A DNA stretch of 64,000 nt from a virus (taxonomy: Duplodnaviria; Caudoviricetes). Each line of letters opens with the position of its first letter. Positions within the stretch are counted from its first letter, which is position 1. Under the pieces are notes generated by a model, which did no database searches, had not been told where the DNA came from, and saw nothing but the letters and a program-made list of their open reading frames with translations. The DNA is taken from IMG/VR virus record IMGVR_UViG_3300037183_000031, positions 3,302 through 67,301 of that record; one strand, 5' to 3'. Position numbers and translations under genes: made by a program. This document shows positions 17,744 to 27,282 of the stretch, one piece after another.

Positions 17744-18355
17744 TCAGCCGTGGGGGCCCGGGGGCGTGTCAGACGGTCGCGCCGGGCTGTTCAGGTTCGG
17801 GATCCTGGTGCTGCGGTCGAACGTGACCGACTTCGCGGTCTTGGTTTTGTCCCCCCTCGAGGGCGGCACGTACTCCAGACATCGGATCTTGATCGTCTTG
17901 CTCTGCGGATAGGGGCCCTCCTCGGGCGTGCTCACACCGCTCACGATCACCTGGGAGATCCCCCACAGCGTGAGCCCGGGATGTTCGATCGTGACGGCGA
18001 GATCGGCCGCCTTCGATTTCCGGTTCGGCTTCCGCCATATCCCGGCCGCGATCTTCTGAAAGATCTGCCACTGGGAGAGCGTCCAGATCATGCATTCGAT
18101 GTTGATCGGCCCCGGCAAATAGCCCGTGGCGGTAAAGGTGATGGAGTCCGCGCCGCCTTTTTTCTTCTGGTCGATCTTCAGCGTCGGCAGACCCTCGGCC
18201 TTGCACAGTCCGGGAAGCTTCTGGCCGTTGATGGTGACCGTCTGCCAGGGGTTCTCGGCATAGTCCGGGCCCTCGCCGCCGGCGAAGAGGGTGCCGGCAG
18301 AAGCATCAGCAGCCGCCGGATCCGAGACACCGTTCCACCACACGATGCCGGGCAT
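17744..18355 (-). CDS. Tail tube initiator-like protein
   Basis: Immediately after the tape measure gene; WQTVTINGQKLPG...TIKIRCLEY. Confidence 0.6.
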   Translation of the reverse strand: MPGIVWWNGVSDPAAADASAGTLFAGGEGPDYAENPWQTVTINGQKLPGLCKAEGLPTLKIDQKKKGGADSITFTATGYLPGPINIECMIWTLSQWQIFQKIAAGIWRKPNRKSKAADLAVTIEHPGLTLWGISQVIVSGVSTPEEGPYPQSKTIKIRCLEYVPPSRGDKTKTAKSVTFDRSTRIPNLNSPARPSDTPPGPHG

Positions 18356-20134
18356 TTACTGGACCCCCCCCGCGCCCATCTCAATCGCGATCTTCTCCAG
18401 CGCCGCCGCCAGCTTCGCCGGCAGGATCTCCGAGATGCGGTCCGCGATCTCGTCCCCGGCAGCATGGGCATCACCGCCGCCCCCAACGTGTACCTCGATC
18501 GTGATGCCGCCGACCTGCACGGACACCGGCGCGCGTCCGCCGGCGCCGGACGACGCCGGCATTTGGACGATGTCCATGGTCGCCTGCTCGACCGGGCCCT
18601 GGCCGCTCGATAGACCGAGCGCCATGCCGGCTGCGGCTTGGGCACCAATATTCTGGAATACGCGAGAGGGAGACTGAATCTTGAGCACCTGCTTAAGCGG
18701 ATCGATCATCCCGTCCTGTCCGAGATTTCTCGAAGCTGCCTGGACGCTTCTATCTGCCGAGATCCCCCTGGCGGCGCCTGCGGCTGCGTCCTTGCCGAGC
18801 TTGACGGTCTTCTTCAGCCAGGCCGGGCTTTCGTCGTCTCCTGTTGGGTTCACTGGGGCGACTCGATTGATCTTCCGTAGAAGCTCAGCGTTCCTGTTCT
18901 CGATCTGTCCCGTCTCCTTCGCCTTGTCCCAGATGTACCCAAGCGGTGTTAGGTCATGAATCAAACCCGCCGCGATCTTCAGCGCATCAATCACCGGCTC
19001 CAATACAATCCCGATCGCCTTGATCGTTTCCCATGCACCTTGAAGGCCGGGGATTAGCTTGTTTTCCACGGTGTCGGCCCAGCCTGCGAAGTCGATCCCG
19101 GCGATCATGTTAACGATCTTGAGGACCGCGCCCTCCATGGCGGAGAAGATTCGAGCGCCGCGCGGGCTATCAGGATCCAGGACTGCCAGCACCTCGGCGA
19201 GTTTGTCTTTCATGATTTCCAAAGCCGGCGAGTGCGCGAACTTCTGGAAATACTGTTCGGGCAGGGATTTCAGATGAAGCAAGCTCGCCTGAAGCGTGTC
19301 CCCCATCGCTGCCGCCGCGCCCCCCAATGCCATGCCCGTCTTCAACGTGATCAGCTTGTAGACCTCGGCCTCCGTGACCTTGCCATCGGTCATCATTTTC
19401 GAGATCTCTTTTCGCGACTTGCCCTTGAAGCTGTCCAGCTTCGCGAAGTCCTTCTCCCCGATCCCGAGACCCGCCAGCGTGCGATTATTCACCGTGCCGG
19501 TACGCGCGAGCCGGGCCAGGGCCGAGACGGCATCCTGGAGCCCACCGATCCGATCCGGTGACAGCGCCGCGATGTCGAGCGCGCCGCGCATGGCGTCCTC
19601 GAGCTTCTGACCTTCAAGCCCGACCTTCGCAAGACTGAGTGCCTGATTCTTGATTTCGTCGTCGGTGTAGTTGGTGACCTTCGCCAGCCTGTCGGCCCAT
19701 TCGAGTGTCTCCTTACCGCGCTCCTCTCCGAGCGCGAAGCTAAAGCTTTTCTCCAGCGCCTCGGTGGCAGCGGCGACGTTCAAAATCTCCGCGCCAAGCT
19801 CCACCATCTTTTCGATCAGACGTTCGGGGGCCTCAATCAGGGCATCGATCCCGCGCCTGATGAATTCGAATTCGGCGATCCGCTTTGCCCGCTCAAGAAA
19901 AGGCTCCATACCGCTGTGGACAAGCCTGTGGAGAACGCCCTCCAGATTCTTGGCGTCCTTGGCGTGCTTCTGATGACCGGCGCCGGCCCGCACGGTCGCC
20001 TTCTCCGTCTTCAGGATCGCCGCCTCGGCCTGGCCAAGACCGGTCTGGGTCTGGGTCAGCACCCGCACCATCTTCAGCGCGCCGTCAACCTGGGCGTCGA
20101 GCTTCAGCAGAAATTCCAGCGCGCCGTCAGCCAT
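18356..20134 (-). CDS. Tape measure protein (592 aa)
   Basis: Helical and Ala/Gly-rich; follows the chaperone; ATG 20134 overlaps the stop of the frameshift product (TGATG). Confidence 0.9.
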   Translation of the reverse strand: MADGALEFLLKLDAQVDGALKMVRVLTQTQTGLGQAEAAILKTEKATVRAGAGHQKHAKDAKNLEGVLHRLVHSGMEPFLERAKRIAEFEFIRRGIDALIEAPERLIEKMVELGAEILNVAAATEALEKSFSFALGEERGKETLEWADRLAKVTNYTDDEIKNQALSLAKVGLEGQKLEDAMRGALDIAALSPDRIGGLQDAVSALARLARTGTVNNRTLAGLGIGEKDFAKLDSFKGKSRKEISKMMTDGKVTEAEVYKLITLKTGMALGGAAAAMGDTLQASLLHLKSLPEQYFQKFAHSPALEIMKDKLAEVLAVLDPDSPRGARIFSAMEGAVLKIVNMIAGIDFAGWADTVENKLIPGLQGAWETIKAIGIVLEPVIDALKIAAGLIHDLTPLGYIWDKAKETGQIENRNAELLRKINRVAPVNPTGDDESPAWLKKTVKLGKDAAAGAARGISADRSVQAASRNLGQDGMIDPLKQVLKIQSPSRVFQNIGAQAAAGMALGLSSGQGPVEQATMDIVQMPASSGAGGRAPVSVQVGGITIEVHVGGGGDAHAAGDEIADRISEILPAKLAAALEKIAIEMGAGGVQ

Positions 20135-20301
20135 CAGTGCTTCGCTCCCGCAAACAGACGCATGGCCCGGCACGTCTGAGCCATCAGCAGCGCCCCAACC
20201 TCGGCCTCCTGTGACCGCTCACCGCGGAAGAGAGCCGCTAGAGCCTGCCCCTGGACGTAGAGCTGGTCGTCCTCGAGGGCCGCCTCCCAGGCGGCTAGAG
20301 T
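20134..20301 (-). CDS. -1 frame extension of the tail assembly chaperone (GT-type product, 173 aa in total)
   Basis: After the slip the frame reads TLAAWEAALEDDQLYVQGQALAALF...FAGAKH and ends exactly at the tape measure start. Confidence 0.8.
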   Translation of the reverse strand, partial: TLAAWEAALEDDQLYVQGQALAALFRGERSQEAEVGALLMAQTCRAMRLFAGAKH

Positions 20302-20307
20302 TTTTTT
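20279..20307 (-). promoter_or_regulatory. Programmed -1 ribosomal frameshift signal
   Basis: A AAA AAA (20307-20301), 5-nt spacer, perfect hairpin GCCGCCT-GGG-AGGCGGC (20295-20279). Confidence 0.8.
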
Positions 20308-20654
20308 ACGGTGACCGCAACGTTCAGGCCGGCGTGCTCCAGCAATTTGTTGCCGAAGGTGTCGACCAGCCCAGGTTGAGTCAAGGCGAGCGTGGCAAAG
20401 TCCGGCCCCGTTGGATAGATGGCGCACGCGTAGACCAGGAGCTTCATGGCCGTCGGTCTCATCGTTTCGTCGGAGACCAGTGATTTGAACCGGGCGTAAT
20501 CCCCCGCGGACGGGATTCGAAATAGGAACTCGTCCCCATTCCTCTCGTCGGTGAGACTGACGAGCTGCCAGTCCGGATGATCGCTCTTGGCTTTCGCGAT
20601 CTCGTCTGGCGGGATCTGCCTCGGGGGAACCGCTGAATCGGGAACGATTTGCAT
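20295..20654 (-). CDS. Tail assembly chaperone (119 aa)
   Basis: Lies between tube and tape measure; ends VKKL on the slippery run. Confidence 0.85.
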   Translation of the reverse strand: MQIVPDSAVPPRQIPPDEIAKAKSDHPDWQLVSLTDERNGDEFLFRIPSAGDYARFKSLVSDETMRPTAMKLLVYACAIYPTGPDFATLALTQPGLVDTFGNKLLEHAGLNVAVTVKKL

Positions 20655-20660
20655 CCGTAT

Positions 20661-20690
20661 ACACTAAACCGTCCCCCCCTGGCCCGGCAA
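20661..20690 (-). promoter_or_regulatory. Possible internal promoter for a leaderless chaperone mRNA
   Basis: TTGCCG, 18 nt, TAGTGT, 6 nt, ATG 20654. Confidence 0.3.
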
Positions 20691-20707
20691 GCGGGTCTGT
20701 TGGCGGT

Positions 20708-21178
20708 CTACAGCGCGAAGCCTGCCGGACTCGTGATGCCTGCGCCGTTCAGCAGCATCCGCATCGCCGTGAAGGTGCATTTGGCGGTGCTGGCATCGCT
20801 GCCCTGGGCGTTCGATAGGTCCACCTCGTCGATCCTGACGCCGTCGATGATGTCGATAGACACCGGAGATCCCACCTCGAAACGCGTGACCACGATCGGA
20901 AAGGCCACCTCGCCGTAACCGCGAACGGCGCCGCCGAGCGTCGCCACGAGCTGATCGAATTCCAGTCGGAGCATTTCGAAGTCGCCGGTGTATTCGGCTT
21001 CGCCCTTCGTCCGCCCGATCGGATTCGAGCCCGTGCCACGGACCAGCCCCGGCTTAAGACTGGGCTTGTAGTTCAGCGACTTCACGCCCACATACAGAAG
21101 ACCGTTGAAGGTCATTTCCAGGCTCGCCCATGACCAGCGATGGCCGTTGACGAGCGGATATTGAATCGAGAAGGCCAT
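20708..21178 (-). CDS. Tail tube protein
   Basis: Start ATG 21178 with AAGGAG RBS; LVNGHRWSWASL...RGTGSNPIGRTKG. Confidence 0.85.
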   Translation of the reverse strand: MAFSIQYPLVNGHRWSWASLEMTFNGLLYVGVKSLNYKPSLKPGLVRGTGSNPIGRTKGEAEYTGDFEMLRLEFDQLVATLGGAVRGYGEVAFPIVVTRFEVGSPVSIDIIDGVRIDEVDLSNAQGSDASTAKCTFTAMRMLLNGAGITSPAGFAL

Positions 21179-21189
21179 GGGATGCTCCT

Positions 21190-22899
21190 TTAGGCGGACA
21201 GTCCGAGGGCGGCAGTTAGAACCGGGTTGCTGAACCCAATGTTGACGTTGAAGGTTTCCAGGATGGCGAGCGGGATTACGCGCACGGTCACCGGCTCCGT
21301 GCGGGTGCTTAGGATGTTCGCGGTGCGACTCAGGATGACCGAGCAACCACTGGCGTCACCGGTGGCCACCACGGCGTTCTTCAGCTTCGCCGTGGCGATC
21401 GTCTCAATCACCTTGGCGTCACGCTCATCAATGTAGCCGGTGGTCGTGTCGACCCGAACCGTGCCGTTCAAGTAGGGCAGCAGGGCGGCGCGCGTCGTCG
21501 CGCAGGCTACGTCCATCACTCGCCGGCGGCTGACGCGATCGTAGTCAGAGCCGGGGGGCGCCATCATCAGGCCACGGGTGCAGTAGGTCCCGATCAGGCC
21601 CGGGATAGATCGCAGGGTGCAGAACCGGCCGGAGTCCAGACCCGGGGTTGCGTTCTCGTCCCAGTCGATGCCGGCGGTGAGACCAACCACATAGGTGAGC
21701 TTCCCGCGCCCCACGAACGACGGTTCCTCGCTGATGGCGACCGCCCCGAGACGGGCCGTGACGGGCCAGGCGCTGGAGCGATGCAATTGCGTCCCGGTCA
21801 GCGGCGATCCGACGAGTGCAGTCCCGGCGCACACCATCGTCCTCGCACTGGCAAACGATGCGAAGGCGGCGTTGACGGTGGTCGCGCCCTCGGCCGTTGG
21901 ACATTCGACAACGCCGAAGACGAACCGATACGCGGTCTGGGCCACGGTCATCTGGGCGTCCACCACGGCCGCGAGCGACGCCGAGTTAGCGGACGAGGTT
22001 GGCATCCCGACGATGTGAACCCAGCCCCAGGTCGCGGCGTTCGCCAGAAGCGTCGTCAAGCCCGTGGTCACATTCGCGTTGGAGAACGACGCCGTGGTGG
22101 TCGTGAAGGTGAACGTATCCGCCAGCCCGAAGGTCGACGCGAAGGTCAACACCAGCCCCGTATTCGGGATCACGAAGATCGCGCCCGAAGGCACCAGTAT
22201 CTGGCCGCTGGTGCTGACCCCATTGTCGAGCGAGTAGTTGAACTGGGCCACGCCAAGCGCGCCCGCCGTGGTGATCGTGATCAGCGGCGAATAGACATCG
22301 AGCGGGCTCGACACCTGTGTCACGAACGTCGCCGCCGGTCCCGTGCCGGTCAGCACGATCGTGCCGTCAGTGTTGAGGGCATAAACGTCGTTCGCTACCC
22401 AGGTCTGCGCCGCCGCGAGCGTCGCCGTGGTCAGAGTGCCGGGCACCAGAAAGGCGAACGCGCCACCGGTGCTGGCCTGCGTCGCGCTGAAGGCTCCGCC
22501 GCCCACTGAATACTGAAAGGTCATGGTGCCGTTGACGCCGCCCAGGATGATCTTCAGCCGAACCGTTGATTTCGGCGCGACCGTGACGGCGACAGTGCCA
22601 GCAGCGCCCGTGGGGCTGGTCTTCGTGACCGCGCTGGCCGTGCCGGCAGTGGAAGGTGTCAGCGGCATGGCATAGACCGGTCCACCGCTGTTCGGTGTGC
22701 CGAGCGCGAGCGCCACGGCCTCCAACAGCGGGCCCTGGCCCAGTGTCGCCTGCGCCGTGATCATGTCCCCGAAGGCGTACAGCACACCGACGATGCCGGC
22801 CGCACAGATGCCCATCTTCACTTGAAGGTTGGCATTGGAGGCCGGGACCTGTCCGAGGGCCCCGTCTTGGATGGTGATTGTGACATCGGGAAGCGGCAT
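21190..22899 (-). CDS. Tail sheath protein (DUF2586-like)
   Basis: MPLPDVTITIQDGALG start; C-terminal YDRVSRRRVMDVAC and EPVTVRVIPLAILETFNVNIGF. Confidence 0.85.
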   Translation of the reverse strand: MPLPDVTITIQDGALGQVPASNANLQVKMGICAAGIVGVLYAFGDMITAQATLGQGPLLEAVALALGTPNSGGPVYAMPLTPSTAGTASAVTKTSPTGAAGTVAVTVAPKSTVRLKIILGGVNGTMTFQYSVGGGAFSATQASTGGAFAFLVPGTLTTATLAAAQTWVANDVYALNTDGTIVLTGTGPAATFVTQVSSPLDVYSPLITITTAGALGVAQFNYSLDNGVSTSGQILVPSGAIFVIPNTGLVLTFASTFGLADTFTFTTTTASFSNANVTTGLTTLLANAATWGWVHIVGMPTSSANSASLAAVVDAQMTVAQTAYRFVFGVVECPTAEGATTVNAAFASFASARTMVCAGTALVGSPLTGTQLHRSSAWPVTARLGAVAISEEPSFVGRGKLTYVVGLTAGIDWDENATPGLDSGRFCTLRSIPGLIGTYCTRGLMMAPPGSDYDRVSRRRVMDVACATTRAALLPYLNGTVRVDTTTGYIDERDAKVIETIATAKLKNAVVATGDASGCSVILSRTANILSTRTEPVTVRVIPLAILETFNVNIGFSNPVLTAALGLSA

Positions 22900-22909
22900 G
22901 GAGATTTCC

Positions 22910-23245
22910 TCAGATTGGGGTGTTTGTCGCGGCTTCAACCGCGCTGTCGAATTCGGCCTGGGTCAATTCGGCGCCCTGCGGCCAGGCGTGTTTCGCGCGA
23001 GCGGCCGCAAATTTCCAGAACGTTGGGTTGGCCCGCGGCTTCACGGAACCAAGCAGACCGCCGAGGTTCGCGATCACGGTCTCGCCCGGCTGCGGATTCT
23101 TCGGCTGGAGGGTGCCTCCATCCGTGAACTGCGGCAGCATGCCCTTGTCCGCGGCCCAGTCCTCCACCGTGCGCTTGATCGGCAGCGGGCCCGGGGTAAC
23201 GGCTTCGCTGGGGTCGTCGAGAACTTGTTCGTCTTGGGTGGTCAT
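22910..23245 (-). CDS. Hypothetical virion-module protein
   Basis: 111 aa between the tail terminator and sheath genes. Confidence 0.6.
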   Translation of the reverse strand: MTTQDEQVLDDPSEAVTPGPLPIKRTVEDWAADKGMLPQFTDGGTLQPKNPQPGETVIANLGGLLGSVKPRANPTFWKFAAARAKHAWPQGAELTQAEFDSAVEAATNTPI

Positions 23246-23257
23246 GGCTTCACTGTA

Positions 23258-23752
23258 TCAGGATGTGACGTAAGCGGGTGTCATTGGCACGAAGTCCGTG
23301 ATCGTGGCGAAGGTCTCCGCCTCGCGAATCAGCGGGATCTCGACCGTCATGCCGAGCACCACCAGCACCCCGGACGCCGCATTTGCCGATGCGTTGCGGG
23401 TCCAGTCCTCCGACAAGGCCCGGTCCCCGCCCCAGGCGATCCGGTGCAGAGCCGCGACCACATGCCGCATGATGGCCTCGCACTCGCCGAAGTCCTTGCC
23501 CCAGATGTGGGCCTCGATCGACACCTTGCGCGCGAACAAGCTGGCCGGCGCCTGCACGCCCTCGCCGAATCCGGCCTGACCGATGCTGTCCTGAATCGTC
23601 CCGGTCGTCGGCACAAACACGATCCGCGGCGTGCTGTTCTGGTTCGAGATGTTGCCCGCCCCCAGGAAGATCGTCGGGATCGTCTCGCCAAGCGCGCGGA
23701 ACACCCGCTCGCACTCCGTTTTCCAGGAGTCGAAGAGTTCCTTAAGCGCCAC
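23258..23752 (-). CDS. Tail terminator-like protein
   Basis: Canonical position; PRIVFVPT...VSIEAHIWG. Confidence 0.6.
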   Translation of the reverse strand: MALKELFDSWKTECERVFRALGETIPTIFLGAGNISNQNSTPRIVFVPTTGTIQDSIGQAGFGEGVQAPASLFARKVSIEAHIWGKDFGECEAIMRHVVAALHRIAWGGDRALSEDWTRNASANAASGVLVVLGMTVEIPLIREAETFATITDFVPMTPAYVTS

Positions 23753-24215
23753 GGAGCCTCCGCGTGATGACCTTGCCGGCGTCCCGGGCGAAGGTTCGGA
23801 ACCAGATCGGCCCGATCCCCTGCCCGCCTTCCGGCACCATCATCCGCTGTGGAACCGAGCCCACCCGAGCGCGCGAGGGCCGCCCGCGAGCCGGCTTCCT
23901 GGTTCGGGCCCCGCTCTGATGGTAGGCGGCATACGTGGCCCCGATCCTGATGCCGAACCCATCGGGGCTGATTCGGATCGGGAATACCGATGCCCGCATG
24001 CGCCCGGTGTCCAGCAAGGGCTGACCCTTTCGCCAGGCCAACGGCCTCCACGGCTTGCCGTAGGGATCGCGGCTGTAGCGGAAGCTGTCCGAGACCTCTT
24101 TCAAGGCGCCGGCGGCCAGCACCTGGGAGACCTCAAGCTTGAAGTCCGCGCCCACCAGCGCATGGGTCCGGTCGATCAGGTTCGACAGGCCCGCCATGTC
24201 GAATGACACCGGCAT
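23742..24215 (-). CDS. Virion morphogenesis protein (Mu gpG / P2 gpS-like)
   Basis: RDPYGKPWRPL...LLDTGRMRASV...TYAAYHQSG. Confidence 0.85.
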   Translation of the reverse strand: MPVSFDMAGLSNLIDRTHALVGADFKLEVSQVLAAGALKEVSDSFRYSRDPYGKPWRPLAWRKGQPLLDTGRMRASVFPIRISPDGFGIRIGATYAAYHQSGARTRKPARGRPSRARVGSVPQRMMVPEGGQGIGPIWFRTFARDAGKVITRRLRGA

Positions 24216-24703
24216 CAGCGGTTACCCCCGAACGGCACCGTGGCTCCCTGGTACTGGGAGGCAAGACCGTCCGTGCTCCATCCGCGCGAGGGCTGACTGG
24301 TGATACTCGGCCCCGAGGTCGGCGTCTGCGCCTGCGCCGCCGAGCTGCTGTCCAGAACGTCCGGCCAGGCTCCGTCGTCCCGCGACCATTGTTTCAGGAG
24401 CGCCTGCGCGTCTTCGTAGATCAGGCGGATATTCTGGTCGATGCCCTCGGGGTTGAATCCCCGGCTCGCCAGCAACGGATACGCCGACAGCTGGACGCAC
24501 ATCATCTTGAGATCGGGGCCCCAATCGGTGTCCCCTAGCTTCATGCGCAGAGGCAGGGTGCATTGCGCGTTGAGGCTTTGATCGATCCGGCGGCTCATGG
24601 TCGCCAACATCTGGTTCTTGATGTCCGGATCGATCGCCGCCAGCGCATCGGACGCTATGCCGAGGGCCTCCAGATCCGCGATCGTGGCGTAGACATTCGG
24701 CAT
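24215..24703 (-). CDS. Head-tail adaptor (Mu gp36 / DUF1320-like)
   Basis: MPNVYATIADL...LKMMCVQLSAYPL...YEDAQALLKQW. Confidence 0.8.
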   Translation of the reverse strand: MPNVYATIADLEALGIASDALAAIDPDIKNQMLATMSRRIDQSLNAQCTLPLRMKLGDTDWGPDLKMMCVQLSAYPLLASRGFNPEGIDQNIRLIYEDAQALLKQWSRDDGAWPDVLDSSSAAQAQTPTSGPSITSQPSRGWSTDGLASQYQGATVPFGGNR

Positions 24704-24724
24704 CAGGAGGGAGAGAGGAGAGGG

Positions 24725-25297
24725 TTATCTCCCCCTTTTGGCTTTGGGTTTGTCGGAGGTCTCCACCGTGGTGGTCTCCGTCTCGACGATCTCCGGGTCA
24801 GCGGCGTTCGGGGTTGTTTCCACCGAGGGAACATCTCCGGTCGCTTGCGTGGTGGATTCTCCGGCGTCTTCCTTCTCCGGCTCGCCCTTCAGATCTTCGA
24901 TCTCCTCGAGCGCCGCCGCCAGCTGGGCGGTCAACTTGGCGTTTTCGACTTCCAGATCGGCGACCTGCCCTGTCAATCGGACCGACAACGCCCGCGCGGC
25001 CTGCACCTGGGAGTCGGCAATTGCACCGCTGATGGCCCCGGTCTCGTGAACCGAAAGCCGAGTGTCGTCGAGGATCTCCTGATAGGAGCGTCGCCCCATG
25101 CGATCTGGATCGGGGCTGCCGACCATCTGCTTTCGCCCGGTGCTGGCGTTTACGCGCTCGATCTGGATCTCCGGCGGATCGTCGTCCTGGTCCAGGACTT
25201 CGATCTCACGCGTCTCCCCCGACGAGAAGAACCGTCCAGCCCGCGCCAGAAAGTGGACTCCCGGCACGGGGGAACGGGCGTGAATTTTGACTCTCAT
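24725..25297 (-). CDS. Mu gp35-like post-capsid protein
   Basis: FLARAGRFFS N-terminal motif, coiled coil and acidic tail; directly after the capsid gene. Confidence 0.55.
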   Translation of the reverse strand: MRVKIHARSPVPGVHFLARAGRFFSSGETREIEVLDQDDDPPEIQIERVNASTGRKQMVGSPDPDRMGRRSYQEILDDTRLSVHETGAISGAIADSQVQAARALSVRLTGQVADLEVENAKLTAQLAAALEEIEDLKGEPEKEDAGESTTQATGDVPSVETTPNAADPEIVETETTTVETSDKPKAKRGR

Positions 25298-25313
25298 GGG
25301 TGGGTCTCCTCTG

Positions 25314-25344
25314 AAATGGGGTTAGATGGACGTCCACCCCATTT
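25314..25344 (-). other. Intergenic hairpin 3' of the capsid gene
   Basis: AAATGGGGT / 13 nt / ACCCCATTT perfect 9-bp inverted repeat; no clear U-tract. Confidence 0.4.
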
Positions 25345-25364
25345 GTACTACAGAGGTCAGCCTC

Positions 25365-26333
25365 TTAGACAGCCAGGCACTTGATGGCGAGGAACGGCAG
25401 GGAGTAACCAGCCGCGCCGCGGGCCTCGACCGAGCGGGCGAACTTCTTCTGGTTGAAGACCAGAGGATTCTGCGGGTCCACGATCATGATCGGGTGGGGA
25501 GCTTCCCGCTGTTGGAAGACGAAGGGCCTGATCCGGTCGGTGGAGAGCAAGTACCAGGCGCCCACATCCGGATCGTCGATCAAGCGCTCATTCACGATGA
25601 CCGTGATGTCGCCCTGGTAGACGTTCGTCGGCGTGGCAGCCGCGACGTTCTCAGTGGCGGCCACGTTCTTCACGATCTGGGCGATATTTCCGGCCTTCGC
25701 TACCGTGAGGGCGGCCTGCTCCTGATCGGGAGCGACCATCATCACGGTCGGCAGGACTCCCAGGGGGATCCCCGACTCACCCTTGAACTTCCGCATGGCC
25801 GCTTTCGCGGTAGCGTAGTTCGCGGCGCCGTTGGACAAGTTCATCGGGAGGGCCGCCAGCTTGTTGCTGTACGTCCCGAGGCTCGGATCGTCGACGTCAA
25901 CCGGGTGGCTGGTGTCGAAGAAGTGGGCCCCGTCGTACCCGAACGCCGTGGTGCCGTTCAGGACCGCCTGGGTGATCAGCTTCTCGGGCCAGCGCACGGC
26001 AACATCGGCCTGGAGTTCCTCGCGCCGGGCGTAGATGCCGGCCACGTCGTCCGAGATCTTGTTGCGGTCGATCGTGTAGGTGGACTCCCAGTCCTTGTTG
26101 ATCAGCGGGTAGCCGCGAGCCTTGATGTTGTCCATCACCTTTTCGCCGACCCACTCCTTCATGTCGGGGAGCTCGGCCAGCCATGCCTGGACCGTGCTCT
26201 CGGTGTTGGACGGGACCAACTCCGCGATCTTGTCCCAGTAGGAGGTCCTCCGCTTGTATGCGGCGGTGAACCGCATATCCAGCTGGAGGAAGAACGCTTG
26301 AAGAATGGCCGGTGTGAGCGGTGACGGAGGCAT
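25365..26333 (-). CDS. Major capsid protein (Mu gpT-like)
   Basis: WLAELPDMKEWVGEK, NKDWESTYTIDRNKISDD, FFDTSHPV and RPFVFQQRE. Confidence 0.92.
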   Translation of the reverse strand: MPPSPLTPAILQAFFLQLDMRFTAAYKRRTSYWDKIAELVPSNTESTVQAWLAELPDMKEWVGEKVMDNIKARGYPLINKDWESTYTIDRNKISDDVAGIYARREELQADVAVRWPEKLITQAVLNGTTAFGYDGAHFFDTSHPVDVDDPSLGTYSNKLAALPMNLSNGAANYATAKAAMRKFKGESGIPLGVLPTVMMVAPDQEQAALTVAKAGNIAQIVKNVAATENVAAATPTNVYQGDITVIVNERLIDDPDVGAWYLLSTDRIRPFVFQQREAPHPIMIVDPQNPLVFNQKKFARSVEARGAAGYSLPFLAIKCLAV

Positions 26334-26418
26334 GTGTTTCTCCCGGTGGTTTTTTGGCTCCGGCCATCGGCCGGTGAATCAGAGGTTGTTGTTTGAGGGT
26401 TTCGGTTTCTGCCGCGAC

Positions 26419-27222
26419 TCAGACGATGGTGACGGTTCCAGAGACGCCGTCGAGCTTCCACGCCGGCGTTCCGAGCGAGTTGTCCCAGACCAAGTCAACG
26501 AACGCCTGAGCCGAGGAGGCGCCGAAGGTGATCGTGGTGAAGCCGCTGCCGTGAGCAGGGGTGATAACGCCATTCGGTGTCGACGCTTGCGACACGCAGT
26601 AGAGGCGCTTCATCTGACCGGCCGTCACACCGTCGGCCAAGGTCCACGCCTTGGTGCCCGAGACCGTGAACCGCGTGACGCCCTTGACGGTCGACACCGC
26701 ACCGCTGGCCGAAAGTTCCTCCGGGTTCCCCTGACCGATCATCTGCTGGAGCTGGAGGACCGCCAACAGATCCGGATTGAGCTGCACACCCACCGCCACC
26801 CAGACTCCGGCCGTGTCGACCTGAATCACGATCCCTGCCACGCTCCGCGTCCCACCGTTGGACGTCAGGGCGACGGTGTTGTCGTCCACGACGTAGCAGA
26901 TGCCGAAGCGATTCGCGGCAGCGATCAGATCGCCCGCGCTGGAGTTGTTCAAGCGAAACACCCCCTGGCTGATTCGTGGCACCAAGTCGCCATCGTTCAA
27001 CCCGGTGCTGTCAGACACCGAGGTGTTCGGCACCAAGTCCGCCACGCCCAGCGCGATCAGACCGACACCCGTGGTGCCAGGCTGCGCGAATCCGGCGTTG
27101 GACTGGACCAGGGCGCCCGAATAGATCTTGGTGTTCGCCTTCTGGGGACACGCCAACTCGTTCAGGACAACCTTGCCCACTCCGAGTTGCTTGCAATCCC
27201 GCTGAGCTGTGAGAGCCGACAT
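26419..27222 (-). CDS. Capsid decoration/cement protein with C-terminal extra domain
   Basis: KIYSGALV...GVFRL...CYVVDDNTVA...AGIVIQVDTAGVWV, then about 110 aa more. Confidence 0.7.
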   Translation of the reverse strand: MSALTAQRDCKQLGVGKVVLNELACPQKANTKIYSGALVQSNAGFAQPGTTGVGLIALGVADLVPNTSVSDSTGLNDGDLVPRISQGVFRLNNSSAGDLIAAANRFGICYVVDDNTVALTSNGGTRSVAGIVIQVDTAGVWVAVGVQLNPDLLAVLQLQQMIGQGNPEELSASGAVSTVKGVTRFTVSGTKAWTLADGVTAGQMKRLYCVSQASTPNGVITPAHGSGFTTITFGASSAQAFVDLVWDNSLGTPAWKLDGVSGTVTIV

Positions 27223-27282
27223 TTGATTTCCTTCGTTGGAGGGTGAGCGATGCGAAAGGTTGAAGTGATTTCAGGCGGGCGA

